A stretch of 57,759 nt of DNA from a virus (Duplodnaviria; Caudoviricetes). Below, piece after piece: positions 48,030 through 55,819 of the stretch. The first letter of the stretch is position 1. Each line of letters opens with the position of its first letter. The notes under the pieces are model-generated. The model was given only the letters and a program-made list of their open reading frames with translations, searched no databases and had not been told where the DNA came from. The stretch spans positions 1 to 57,759 of IMG/VR virus record IMGVR_UViG_3300001336_000008; one strand, written 5' to 3'. A program made the position numbers and the translations under genes.

Positions 48030-48268
48030 AGCGGAAGTTGATTCCCTCCTTTAATCATATTAAGACTAACTGCTTCTGCCTCAATTTTATCTTTAATGAT
48101 CGGAGAAATTAAATTGCCTACGCTTGCAGGATCAAGGTCACGATCATTACAGACTTCTACTACCGCATCAATGTATCCAATTTTAGAACCGATAACTTTT
48201 TCCTCCACAAGCTTTGCAAATTTCTTTTTGGTAAGTATACTACTTTCGAGCTCATCGTCTATGCTCAT
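48026..48268 (-). CDS. gp33: Late transcription coactivator gp33
   Basis: F...VEEKV...YIDAVVEVC...LIS..IKDKIEAEA..LN motif. Confidence 0.88.
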   Translation of the reverse strand: MSIDDELESSILTKKKFAKLVEEKVIGSKIGYIDAVVEVCNDRDLDPASVGNLISPIIKDKIEAEAVSLNMIKGGNQLPL

Positions 48269-48269
48269 A

Positions 48270-49409
48270 TTATTTGTCCATTACTCTAAGTAAGATAGTG
48301 TCTTTATTGATTCTGCCGTTTGGAACAGAAGTTTTTGTTGTTAGCTTTTTCCATTCATTGTCAATTTGCTTTGGTGTTTTTGACAAAGCAATAGGAACAA
48401 AAGTTTCTGGTTTTCGTAGTCTAGTACACCTGGACTGGGTTTCATCAATGTTGTTTATACTAGTACCTTTAACTTCAAATCCAGATGTAGAAGATGAAAC
48501 GTATTCAGTTAACATTCTGGTCTTGACATTGAATGTAAAAAGCCTGTATGCACCTGGAATCTGTACGGGATTAATCGACATGAGTTTATTTTCGCTACAC
48601 TCCTTAAGATATTGTAAACGCTGTACTTGCTTGTCTGCCGCGCGTGTTTTTGGTACACGTGGAGCGCGTGTGACTTTACTTGTTGCCTTGATTCTTTCAA
48701 GATCTGCAACCATACCTTTGACTACACCAAGGCGTCGTTTTAGCTCTGCTCTCGAAAGATGTGAATATCCTTCAACTGCCTGAGGACAACTTCTGTTATA
48801 GGCATCGTCATATTCAGAAAGCCAACACTGTATGCGACGCAATACAATTGGAACAGCCATAGGTTTAAGTTCATGAAGCTTAAATACGTCATATAATTTA
48901 ATGTCTGTTTTTTTGCCTTCTGTCCATTCATCTTCAAGACGATCAATATCAACCATAACGGTTGCCCACACCTTTTGACTCAGGAGTTCTTGTGGGTTTA
49001 GTTTTTTTGCTGCAGCGCTTTGTGTAGTATCTGCTTCTACCTGAAGTCCTAGCTTTTGTTTACCTGATTCAATCAAGTCATCATAGTATTCTTTGACTCG
49101 GTTCAGGTATGCAGCACTAACATCATCTCCGTCCAGCCCAGCTTTTTTCCAATAGATTGCTGCAGCGAGATGACTGTACATATGAAAATGGTACTCGGAA
49201 TTGGCAAGGATTGCCCTTGCGTCTTTCTTAGAGTATTCTTCACGTATATACTTTTTGGTAATATCAGATATGATTTTACGATCAACCTCACCTTGGAAAT
49301 AATACTTGCAACCAGTAAATCCTTTATCGGTTGGACAACCAGGAAGGCCAAACTTAGCTCGCTTTGGTGGTGCCTTGGGCTTACGCGGCACTTTTACAGA
49401 TAAAGCCAT
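48270..49409 (-). CDS. Conserved hypothetical protein of T4-like phages
   Basis: 379 aa; C-terminal LRKPE...NGRINKDTILLR; upstream of gp33. Confidence 0.7.
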   Translation of the reverse strand: MALSVKVPRKPKAPPKRAKFGLPGCPTDKGFTGCKYYFQGEVDRKIISDITKKYIREEYSKKDARAILANSEYHFHMYSHLAAAIYWKKAGLDGDDVSAAYLNRVKEYYDDLIESGKQKLGLQVEADTTQSAAAKKLNPQELLSQKVWATVMVDIDRLEDEWTEGKKTDIKLYDVFKLHELKPMAVPIVLRRIQCWLSEYDDAYNRSCPQAVEGYSHLSRAELKRRLGVVKGMVADLERIKATSKVTRAPRVPKTRAADKQVQRLQYLKECSENKLMSINPVQIPGAYRLFTFNVKTRMLTEYVSSSTSGFEVKGTSINNIDETQSRCTRLRKPETFVPIALSKTPKQIDNEWKKLTTKTSVPNGRINKDTILLRVMDK

Positions 49410-49411
49410 TT

Positions 49412-49672
49412 TTATACAACCTTAAATGATTTGATATTATCAATGCGGAATGAACGCCATCCACTTGCATTGACATCAAAGACGCGAATTGTGTTTTCGT
49501 TTTCCTTCCTTTCTTCAGTTAATGCAGTTCCTTTGGGCAACTGCTCTACAGGAATAAGTTTATGCATTAACGTACATGTCATGTTTCTTTCTTCACCGTT
49601 TACTTTAGTGAACAAAACTTGGCACGTGTTTTCACGAAGAAGTGTTAGCATTTCATTACGATTATATTCCAT
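49412..49672 (-). CDS. SH3/WYL-like beta-barrel protein (DUF2693-like)
   Basis: V.FTKVNGEERNMTCTL and VFDV..SGWRSFRIDNI motifs. Confidence 0.75.
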   Translation of the reverse strand: MEYNRNEMLTLLRENTCQVLFTKVNGEERNMTCTLMHKLIPVEQLPKGTALTEERKENENTIRVFDVNASGWRSFRIDNIKSFKVV

Positions 49673-50082
49673 TAATTTCTCCTCATTGTTGAATAATCGA
49701 CTGGATTAGCGTCCTTACCTACAGGCACGCTATTACTCTTGTGCATTGTCGCAATACCGATCATATAGTCACCTGAGTAGCCCTTTGATTCTACCTTTGC
49801 AGTATTACCGCCAGTGGTACTTTTAGACTTGTAGACAGGCGTTTCGCGGATGTATCGTTTTTGTATAGGTTTTGATACAATAGGTTTGGTTACCTTACGA
49901 CCAGAACCCGTACGATATGCTACGTACTCATCAAGGCTGCTAAATTGCATTTGTGGTAGGTTATCACGCCGAGCTTGTTTATTGTACTCACGCCACTCAG
50001 ACTCGTATGCAAACTTGTCAATTTTGACTTTACGTTTGCGAGTATTGAGGGTCGTAAGACCCTGCTGCAAGTGCATTGTCAT
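49672..50082 (-). CDS. Hypothetical protein
   Basis: GIATMHKSNSVPV motif; likely start just after the upstream stop. Confidence 0.6.
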   Translation of the reverse strand: MTMHLQQGLTTLNTRKRKVKIDKFAYESEWREYNKQARRDNLPQMQFSSLDEYVAYRTGSGRKVTKPIVSKPIQKRYIRETPVYKSKSTTGGNTAKVESKGYSGDYMIGIATMHKSNSVPVGKDANPVDYSTMRRN

Positions 50083-50083
50083 A

Positions 50084-50332
50084 TTAGTGCCACTCATTGT
50101 CAAAGCGAGTCGTATATGCAAAGGTATCAACAATACCTGAGTCACGAATTACACGACGAGCCGTACGTTCATCGTCGTACATAAAGGCCTCATCAAACGC
50201 ATCCATAGAATCCTTAGACTTGCGTCCTGCACGAGCATTGCGTGCAACTTTACGAGTCTTTTTTTGTACTTTTTCTTTGAACTGATTTTTTTCAGCTACA
50301 CGACGAATAAGTTCAAGACGATCGACGGACAT
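50084..50332 (-). CDS. Hypothetical basic protein
   Basis: AGGAG RBS and an extended -10 (TGTTATAAT, 50354-50362) upstream. Confidence 0.65.
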   Translation of the reverse strand: MSVDRLELIRRVAEKNQFKEKVQKKTRKVARNARAGRKSKDSMDAFDEAFMYDDERTARRVIRDSGIVDTFAYTTRFDNEWH

Positions 50333-50368
50333 ATAAAATACTCCTAAAATAGTATTATAACACAGTTT

Positions 50369-50569
50369 TCAATAACCTGCAGGATCGCTTAAGCGTACGG
50401 TTACTAGTACTGTTTCGTTTTGATAGTAAAACACATGCGAATCTGAATCATAAAAGTTGACTCGAATCAAGCCTGTAGGTGTCTGTTCAATGCTATAGAC
50501 ACGATCACGAGACGAGTCGGGTTTGACAACAGCATCACCAACACGAAGCTCAGAAGCTGGAATAAGCAT
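50369..50569 (-). CDS. Hypothetical small beta protein
   Basis: MLIPASELRVGD...; start overlaps the upstream stop (TAATG); GGAG RBS. Confidence 0.6.
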   Translation of the reverse strand: MLIPASELRVGDAVVKPDSSRDRVYSIEQTPTGLIRVNFYDSDSHVFYYQNETVLVTVRLSDPAGY

Positions 50570-50688
50570 TACAAAGACTCCAAAAATGTAATAAGATAAA
50601 ACACAGGTATAGTTACGGCTGCGCCTACAGCGGCACCCATAGCAATACATAAAATATGACTACCAACTTCAGCAAAAAACTTACGCAT
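50569..50688 (-). CDS. 39-aa hydrophobic membrane peptide
   Basis: Manual translation MRKFFAEVGSHILCIAMGAAVGAAVTIPVFYLITFLESL; AAGGA RBS; fills the gap between neighbours exactly. Confidence 0.6.
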   Translation of the reverse strand: MRKFFAEVGSHILCIAMGAAVGAAVTIPVFYLITFLESL

Positions 50689-50692
50689 GTGA

Positions 50693-50965
50693 TTAGTCCT
50701 TAATGATGGTCAACATTGCAGCAGGTACACGGTACAAACCTTGAACTGTACGCACACTTACATTCTTGACAGCAATTTTAATCACGTGACCCGTGTAGTC
50801 AACACCGCGATGGGTAAACGTAACATTGTCACCAACCGACAGCTGACTCTTGATTCGACGAGCAAGACGAGCTTGAGCATATTTCAATGACTCAAGAATT
50901 GAGCACAGTTCAGTGTCGGTAAATTTACCTGCAACAATAGCGGTATTAATTTGGTCAATAGTCAT
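50693..50965 (-). CDS. Hypothetical early protein (SH3-like)
   Basis: LSVGDNVTF...G.VIKI..KNV.V...YRVPAAML; has its own promoter and a GGAG RBS. Confidence 0.7.
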   Translation of the reverse strand: MTIDQINTAIVAGKFTDTELCSILESLKYAQARLARRIKSQLSVGDNVTFTHRGVDYTGHVIKIAVKNVSVRTVQGLYRVPAAMLTIIKD

Positions 50966-50969
50966 AATG

Positions 50970-51062
50970 TAACTCCGTTCAATCAATCAATCAATAATTA
51001 ATTATATTCCAGGTAAACCAGAATGTCAACAACTTTTTTAGGCATGTTGCATTTCTGCAACA
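50970..51062 (-). promoter_or_regulatory. Early promoter cassette 1
   Basis: TTGACA(51024-29)-17-TATAAT(51001-06), A-tract UP element, palindrome TGTTGCA-N4-TGCAACA at 51045-62, (TTGA)n leader and GGAG RBS. Confidence 0.9.
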
Positions 51063-51433
51063 GCTGCATCAAGTTCCTTGGTATAGGAAAAGGGAATGCC
51101 CATCAAAAAGCAGACATGCTCACCACCATACGTCAATTCACCCTCAGACAGGTCCAGAGCCTCCACAACCCAACGAATAGCGGTTTCACGATCAGCTGCA
51201 CCAGTCAAAATTGCAGCCTGGATTTGGCCTTCAAAGGCTTCTGAAGCTGCCTTTCCGGCTGCCTCTTCAGCTTCGATCGACCGTTGCATAATAACAACTA
51301 AATCGTCCCAAATTTCCTGCTTTTGATCGTCGGATGACATTTCCCACATAATGGAAAACTCAACAGACGGACGGAAACCATATGCGTCTTTGTGGAGATC
51401 GGAAATGATGTTTTCGTCAAATGTGTAATTCAT
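51038..51433 (-). CDS. Hypothetical early protein
   Basis: ISDLHKDAYGFRP motif seen in phage early proteins; has its own promoter and RBS. Confidence 0.7.
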   Translation of the reverse strand: MNYTFDENIISDLHKDAYGFRPSVEFSIMWEMSSDDQKQEIWDDLVVIMQRSIEAEEAAGKAASEAFEGQIQAAILTGAADRETAIRWVVEALDLSEGELTYGGEHVCFLMGIPFSYTKELDAAVAEMQHA

Positions 51434-51437
51434 GATA

Positions 51438-51525
51438 TAGCTCCGTTCAATCAATCAATAATTAATTGTATTCCGATAGTTCCAGAATGTCAACAACTTT
51501 TTAGGGTTGTTGCACAAATACAACA
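51438..51525 (-). promoter_or_regulatory. Early promoter cassette 2
   Basis: TTGACA(51488-93)-17-TACAAT(51465-70); palindrome at 51508-25; same leader as cassette 1. Confidence 0.9.
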
Positions 51526-51678
51526 TCAGAGTGGGAAAAAGTCAGCATATCCACCAGGACCACCGTGATGAGCATAATCCTTGTAAATTTCATGCATCTC
51601 GGTAGCGGAATAGTTCTTGAATTCCTTACGCCAAACTTCTAAACCTTTTTTGTTGAAAACTACGACTATGTAGGTCAT
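51526..51678 (-). CDS. Small hypothetical early protein
   Basis: MTYIVVVFNKKG...; AGGAG RBS; start corrected to lie downstream of the promoter. Confidence 0.6.
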   Translation of the reverse strand: MTYIVVVFNKKGLEVWRKEFKNYSATEMHEIYKDYAHHGGPGGYADFFPL

Positions 51679-51709
51679 TTCGTTCTCCTGTTTTGTTAGT
51701 GTATAGTTT

Positions 51710-51795
51710 ATTGTATTCTGGGCCGTGGGAAATGTCAACAACTTTTTTTCATTGTTGCACAAATACAACAAACAATCTGTTGCAAAAATACAACA
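51710..51795 (-). promoter_or_regulatory. Early promoter cassette 3
   Basis: TTGACA(51733-38)-17-TACAAT(51710-15); two palindromes at 51753-70 and 51778-95. Confidence 0.88.
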
Positions 51796-51855
51796 GGATT
51801 TTGGGCATTTTAAAGGACTTTTGCAGGATCCTGAATGGTAATATACCACAAAAAC

Positions 51856-51877
51856 AAAAAAGGCCCTTAGAGGGCCT
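51856..51877 (-). terminator. Intrinsic terminator
   Basis: AGGCCCT-CTA-AGGGCCT followed by a T run, after the oxygenase stop. Confidence 0.85.
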
Positions 51878-51885
51878 CTGGTGAG

Positions 51886-52443
51886 TTACAGGTAATGTCC
51901 ATATGTTGATATGATATATTTTGGTCCTGATACAGGTTTGCAGCCTTTATGCGGATACATGAACATTGGCGGAAAGCAAACAACCCGGCCTTGCTTTGGT
52001 TTGACTCCTCGGTATCCTTCACCGCCTAAATCAAAGAGAGTCTCGCCCCCTTCACCGACATCATTGAGGTAATAAAACATCACAAGATATCTGCGTGCAG
52101 AATTGTAGTCACCGACATCAGTGTGCCAGTCAAAGATGTCCTTGTCATTGGGCTCATACTTTTTCATACGGTGTTGCTCATACCCGTGTTGGATTGGCAT
52201 AAAGTTTGCACCAGTATAACCGATATATGAATCGTGTACTTTGTGAGTAATTGACCTAAGGATCTCTTCCTGCTCTTTAAATGCAGGATGCTCAGTGATA
52301 TTGATTTCGCTGAATGAGTACACATCAGTATCGCGCTTAACCTGATCGTCAGCGCAAGAATCATATAACTCCATAAGTTTTTTACAGAGATCTGCAGGAA
52401 TTGCATCATCAACGATTACAATATAGTCAGCTAAGTTTTTCAT
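51886..52443 (-). CDS. 2OG-Fe(II) oxygenase (prolyl-4-hydroxylase-like)
   Basis: FDWHTD (HxD), YLNDV.EGGETLF, KPKQGRVVCFPP...PHKG and KYI motifs. Confidence 0.9.
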   Translation of the reverse strand: MKNLADYIVIVDDAIPADLCKKLMELYDSCADDQVKRDTDVYSFSEINITEHPAFKEQEEILRSITHKVHDSYIGYTGANFMPIQHGYEQHRMKKYEPNDKDIFDWHTDVGDYNSARRYLVMFYYLNDVGEGGETLFDLGGEGYRGVKPKQGRVVCFPPMFMYPHKGCKPVSGPKYIISTYGHYL

Positions 52444-52996
52444 TTTGTTCACCTCTTATGATAAAGTTTATATGTGTGTGTTCATTAAAAATTTGATCCC
52501 AATATCTACGCCATTCGCTTGCAACTGGCTTTCGTACCCTAGGAGTCATTCCATTACGAAAGTGCACATCTGAATTGGAACATATGTCATCAGTCCAAAA
52601 AGAATCAAGTCCCCATAGGTATATTGTTTTTACTGTCGTGGAGTGTTTATTGATTCCATAAACGGTTGCATGATGACCAGAGTTCATAGGATACTTCCAA
52701 CCTTTTTCATGTACCATTTTGATTGTGTCAATTATATTAATTGCATCATCAGGTAGCTTGCGTTTATTTTGTTTAAGATAGTTATCACAGCGATTCGATA
52801 TGACTGCAGGAATATTGAGCTTGTATCCTTCAAACAGTTTTATGATAGGTTTGACATCCATAATAACTGTATAGTCAGGACGCAGTTCAGTGTCAGAAAA
52901 ATTGCAACCAATGAACTCATGATCATCAGACCATTCGTTTCGATTGAATTTTGATATGGAAGGGCCATTGCCCAAGATGTGTATTGTGTCAGCCAT
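52427..52996 (-). CDS. Sialyltransferase-like / DUF115-type Rossmann protein (putative glycosyltransferase)
   Basis: ILGNGPSI...IGCN, NSGHHA and IYLWGLDS recall the GT42 CstII motifs AGNGPSL, FRCN, TSG and IYLSGID. Confidence 0.55.
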   Translation of the reverse strand: MADTIHILGNGPSISKFNRNEWSDDHEFIGCNFSDTELRPDYTVIMDVKPIIKLFEGYKLNIPAVISNRCDNYLKQNKRKLPDDAINIIDTIKMVHEKGWKYPMNSGHHATVYGINKHSTTVKTIYLWGLDSFWTDDICSNSDVHFRNGMTPRVRKPVASEWRRYWDQIFNEHTHINFIIRGEQNEKLS

Positions 52997-53004
52997 AATT
53001 ATAA

Positions 53005-53340
53005 GTGCTAGTTGATTCTGTTTCCAAGTACAACTAGCAAAACTCAGATGGTGCCTACGCTGCCATCAAAAATGCGTTATCGTTTGCATTTAGGTTTTTT
53101 GCTTCTGCGGCCGAGTTGTCTCAACCCTACGGCTTCTGCTTTGCCGGATCGTCTGCATCTCTACTTGTTGCCCTGTCGAATCCATTTCAGCCCCATCAGA
53201 AGCATATTGGACAATCCTACGTTAGGGGTGGATTATATTTAAGTTAGGCATCCTATACTAACTCCAATACGCTTTTGGTGGAGCTGGGGGTTTCGAAACC
53301 CCGTCCAGAACTCCGTTCGATTAACTTCATACGATCATAT
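53005..53340 (-). ncRNA. ssrA: Circularly permuted two-piece tmRNA
   Basis: Acceptor piece (~53340-53276) has a T-arm and ends CAGCTCCACCA. After an intervening segment, the coding piece starts GGGGCTGAAATGGATTCGAC at 53194. G3-U70 pair present. Tag ANDNAFLMAA* at 53087-53055. Outer ends approximate. Confidence 0.93.
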
Positions 53341-53382
53341 AATTATATATACTATACAACCACTCCATACTAAGGAATCGTT

Positions 53383-53595
53383 ATGTACTTCATTATATTC
53401 TTACTCTGCATTCAAGGTCAACCTCAATGCACACCTCTAGTTGAAGATCCACCTGTTTATTACTCTACTATTGCCGAATGTAAAGACGGTATTGATAGAC
53501 GCAGTAAGGATCTTTTGGCATACTTAAAAGAAGAAGAACTAACCGGTGTCATGGAGGCTCAATGCCTTAAGGACGAAAAGGTTAGCCCTGCTTGA
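53383..53595 (+). CDS. Small Cys-containing hypothetical protein
   Basis: AAGGA RBS, hydrophobic N-terminus, four Cys; the only convincing plus-strand gene in this region. Confidence 0.55.
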   Translation: MYFIIFLLCIQGQPQCTPLVEDPPVYYSTIAECKDGIDRRSKDLLAYLKEEELTGVMEAQCLKDEKVSPA

Positions 53596-53830
53596 TTTTC
53601 TGTATGTGTTTTTCAAAAGCTTCAACCTTTGCAACTCTATCAGGCCAAAAAATATAGTCCTTGTCAGGATTTTGTTTTAGGTTAGTGAGCAACGGAATAA
53701 TTGCTTTATATAAACTATCGAGTCTTTGTTGAATTTCAGCAGCCGATGACTCTGCGCTTTGTATTGCTTCAAGTTCATTTTCCGAAACGGCGGTAAAGCC
53801 AAAATCGAACACGTCATTATTGTCAATCAT
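53582..53830 (-). CDS. Conserved hypothetical protein
   Basis: FDFGFTAVSE.EL...PLL.NLK.NPDKDYIFWPDR motif. Confidence 0.7.
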   Translation of the reverse strand: MIDNNDVFDFGFTAVSENELEAIQSAESSAAEIQQRLDSLYKAIIPLLTNLKQNPDKDYIFWPDRVAKVEAFEKHIQKIKQG

Positions 53831-54230
53831 TATTATTTGGGCCTTCAAAGATTTCTTTTAATGTAGGAAGTATTGAATCTTGCTCTTCCTTATTTAGAGT
53901 TTTGTTTTCATTTGCAATGTACCATGTAGTACCAGGAAACCCTTCCTTTACATTGGTCAGTAACTCATGAATATTTTTGCCCTGAGTCAAAAAGCGATCG
54001 TTTTCACCATATGCATAAAAGGCATCATTTTCTTTGACAATGTTTAAGAACTCGCCCCGGGGTGTTGGTTGGCTTTCATTGCCTTCTTCATCAATGAATT
54101 CAATTTCGCCGTTTTCAAGAGCAATAAGATCTTGCTGTATTCGCCATATTGTATATGCGCAACCTGCTTTAAACATTGCATAAGCTGCACCTGCAACTAA
54201 CAAGACTTCGAGTATTAAATCAGAATTCAT
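53823..54230 (-). CDS. Hypothetical protein with N-terminal TM segment
   Basis: Operon spacing; hydrophobic N-terminus. Confidence 0.6.
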   Translation of the reverse strand: MNSDLILEVLLVAGAAYAMFKAGCAYTIWRIQQDLIALENGEIEFIDEEGNESQPTPRGEFLNIVKENDAFYAYGENDRFLTQGKNIHELLTNVKEGFPGTTWYIANENKTLNKEEQDSILPTLKEIFEGPNNND

Positions 54231-54268
54231 ACTGCCTGCTCCTCGTGATGTGCATACTCTGTTATTTA

Positions 54269-54757
54269 TTATGCTGCGATTTTCTCAAGATTCATAATAT
54301 GCTTTAGTCGATCTGCGGCATAACTAGCAGCAAAAGCCTCGGGTTTACACATAGGTGTCACGTTACACATGCCTTTGATATAGCCAATAGCTTCGTTGAT
54401 AACGCATGATGAACCATGCATTTCGTCTGGATTAATATCAAGATGAACCTGTACTTCACGATCTTCTAGTATATCACCTAGCTTAAGGTAAAGTTCAGCA
54501 ATCTTCATAACTTCAGTCATAAGGCGCATACGAGGTTTGTTTTTCTTTTGATCGTAATCACGCTCGCGCTGTATTTCGCCAAACACCTTACATCCATGTT
54601 TACCATCAATATGAACAACAACTACAAGAGTATAGTCAGCATACCAGTCTCCGTGTAAATTGAATCGTTCTGAGTCACCGCCAATATAAATCTTAGTGTC
54701 TGATCCTTGCAACTCAATAAAGTTTTTTACTTCCTCAATGTCGATTTGGCTCGTCAT
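54269..54757 (-). CDS. RNase H-like YkuK family (DUF458) protein
   Basis: IYIGGDS, RLMTEV, VHLDINP and KPEAFAASYAADR motifs. Confidence 0.8.
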   Translation of the reverse strand: MTSQIDIEEVKNFIELQGSDTKIYIGGDSERFNLHGDWYADYTLVVVVHIDGKHGCKVFGEIQRERDYDQKKNKPRMRLMTEVMKIAELYLKLGDILEDREVQVHLDINPDEMHGSSCVINEAIGYIKGMCNVTPMCKPEAFAASYAADRLKHIMNLEKIAA

Positions 54758-54872
54758 TTGTTGTTCCACCCATCTTATTAATTACATCATTAATTCTGTT
54801 TCTCCAATATCTATCAAGGCAGGCAGAGTCACGAAGGAGCTTTAAGAATTTTATAAGCTCATTCCCATTCAT
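54735..54872 (-). CDS. Small hypothetical protein
   Basis: MNGNELIKFLK...; bridges the neighbouring genes. Confidence 0.45.
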   Translation of the reverse strand: MNGNELIKFLKLLRDSACLDRYWRNRINDVINKMGGTTNDEPNRH

Positions 54873-55092
54873 TAGTCTTATGTCCAAAGTATGATAACAC
54901 AATCTTAAATGCATCAACGTGATCTCTAAGAATTTTGACGTCTGCATTCTGATCGTGCTCAAAGATAGCTAGGCCGTGTCCAGCTTTTCGAAATTCAAGA
55001 TCTTCTTGAAGATTTTCTAGAGTATCAATCAATTGATCCACAATAATATTATCAACCGTATCGTAATCGAGTTCAACAGTAACTTTTTTCAT
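54859..55092 (-). CDS. Hypothetical protein
   Basis: AAGGTG RBS; operon coupling. Confidence 0.6.
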   Translation of the reverse strand: MKKVTVELDYDTVDNIIVDQLIDTLENLQEDLEFRKAGHGLAIFEHDQNADVKILRDHVDAFKIVLSYFGHKTNEWE

Positions 55093-55097
55093 TTTGT

Positions 55098-55289
55098 TCA
55101 CCTTTGCAAATAATTAAGTAAGTATACATAAACTTCATGTGGTCGTTCATTCCATCTTTCTTTTGGTGTATCCATGTCAAATGCCTTGTTTGGCGTGTTC
55201 CACCATGCATCAACATTATCGAATCCTAACATAGAGATAAGCATTTTGTCGCAATGAGTTTTAATCACGTCTAAAGTAACCATCATCAA
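55098..55289 (-). CDS. MbcA/ParS/Xre antitoxin C-terminal (DUF2384)-like protein
   Basis: G..NVDAWWNTPNKAFDMDTP.E...EVY.YL resembles the W..PN.AL.G.TP toxin-binding domain. Confidence 0.6.
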   Translation of the reverse strand: MMMVTLDVIKTHCDKMLISMLGFDNVDAWWNTPNKAFDMDTPKERWNERPHEVYVYLLNYLQR

Positions 55290-55819
55290 TTCCTTTGTGG
55301 CGGAGCATAGTCAACGTCTAATGGAGCTACATCAATACCTTCAAAGTACAGCGCAAATGCTGGTAGTGATAGCATCTTTGGATCAATCTCAAACTGAGTA
55401 TCATAGGCAATAGTAACATGAGCCTTGTATTCAGTATAGTCAGATGTTGCACCCATCATGGTTAACTCTCTGTTCAGCGCTTCAGCAAAAGGAAAATCAA
55501 GCCTCAGTACCAAACACTTACCATCATTCTTAGTCGGAAACACTTCAAACTTAGAAGCAATTGCCTCGTATATTCCTTTAGAGTTTTTGAACTTTTCAGC
55601 TTGAGGTACCAGTGTTCGAGAATAGATAATCGTTACGTGATAGGAATCAGGATCAACACGAGGCATTGGATCTAGAGTCGTATAAAGAAAGTTATCCAAC
55701 ATCATCTTAGACTCTTTCCGCATGTTCATTGAAACATACGTACCATCCTTATGATCAAGAAGCTCTTTTAGAGAAACCCTGTTCAACCATGATTTAGTCC
55801 TTTCACGTAACGACAACAT
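55286..55819 (-). CDS. acb1: Anti-CBASS 2H phosphoesterase Acb1 (T4 gp57B homologue)
   Basis: GTYV, YHVTIIYSR, LVLRLD, GATSDY..YKAHVTIAY and PL.VD; two HxT motifs arranged as in T4 57B. Confidence 0.85.
   Translation of the reverse strand: MLSLRERTKSWLNRVSLKELLDHKDGTYVSMNMRKESKMMLDNFLYTTLDPMPRVDPDSYHVTIIYSRTLVPQAEKFKNSKGIYEAIASKFEVFPTKNDGKCLVLRLDFPFAEALNRELTMMGATSDYTEYKAHVTIAYDTQFEIDPKMLSLPAFALYFEGIDVAPLDVDYAPPQRN

Noticed and set aside
50965-51795. CRISPR array or integron cassette array
   Set aside because: Repeats are hundreds of bp apart and are promoters; no cas genes, integrase or attC structure.
53012-53242. 76-aa plus-strand ORF
   Set aside because: Antisense to the tmRNA coding piece; the tmRNA explains the sequence.
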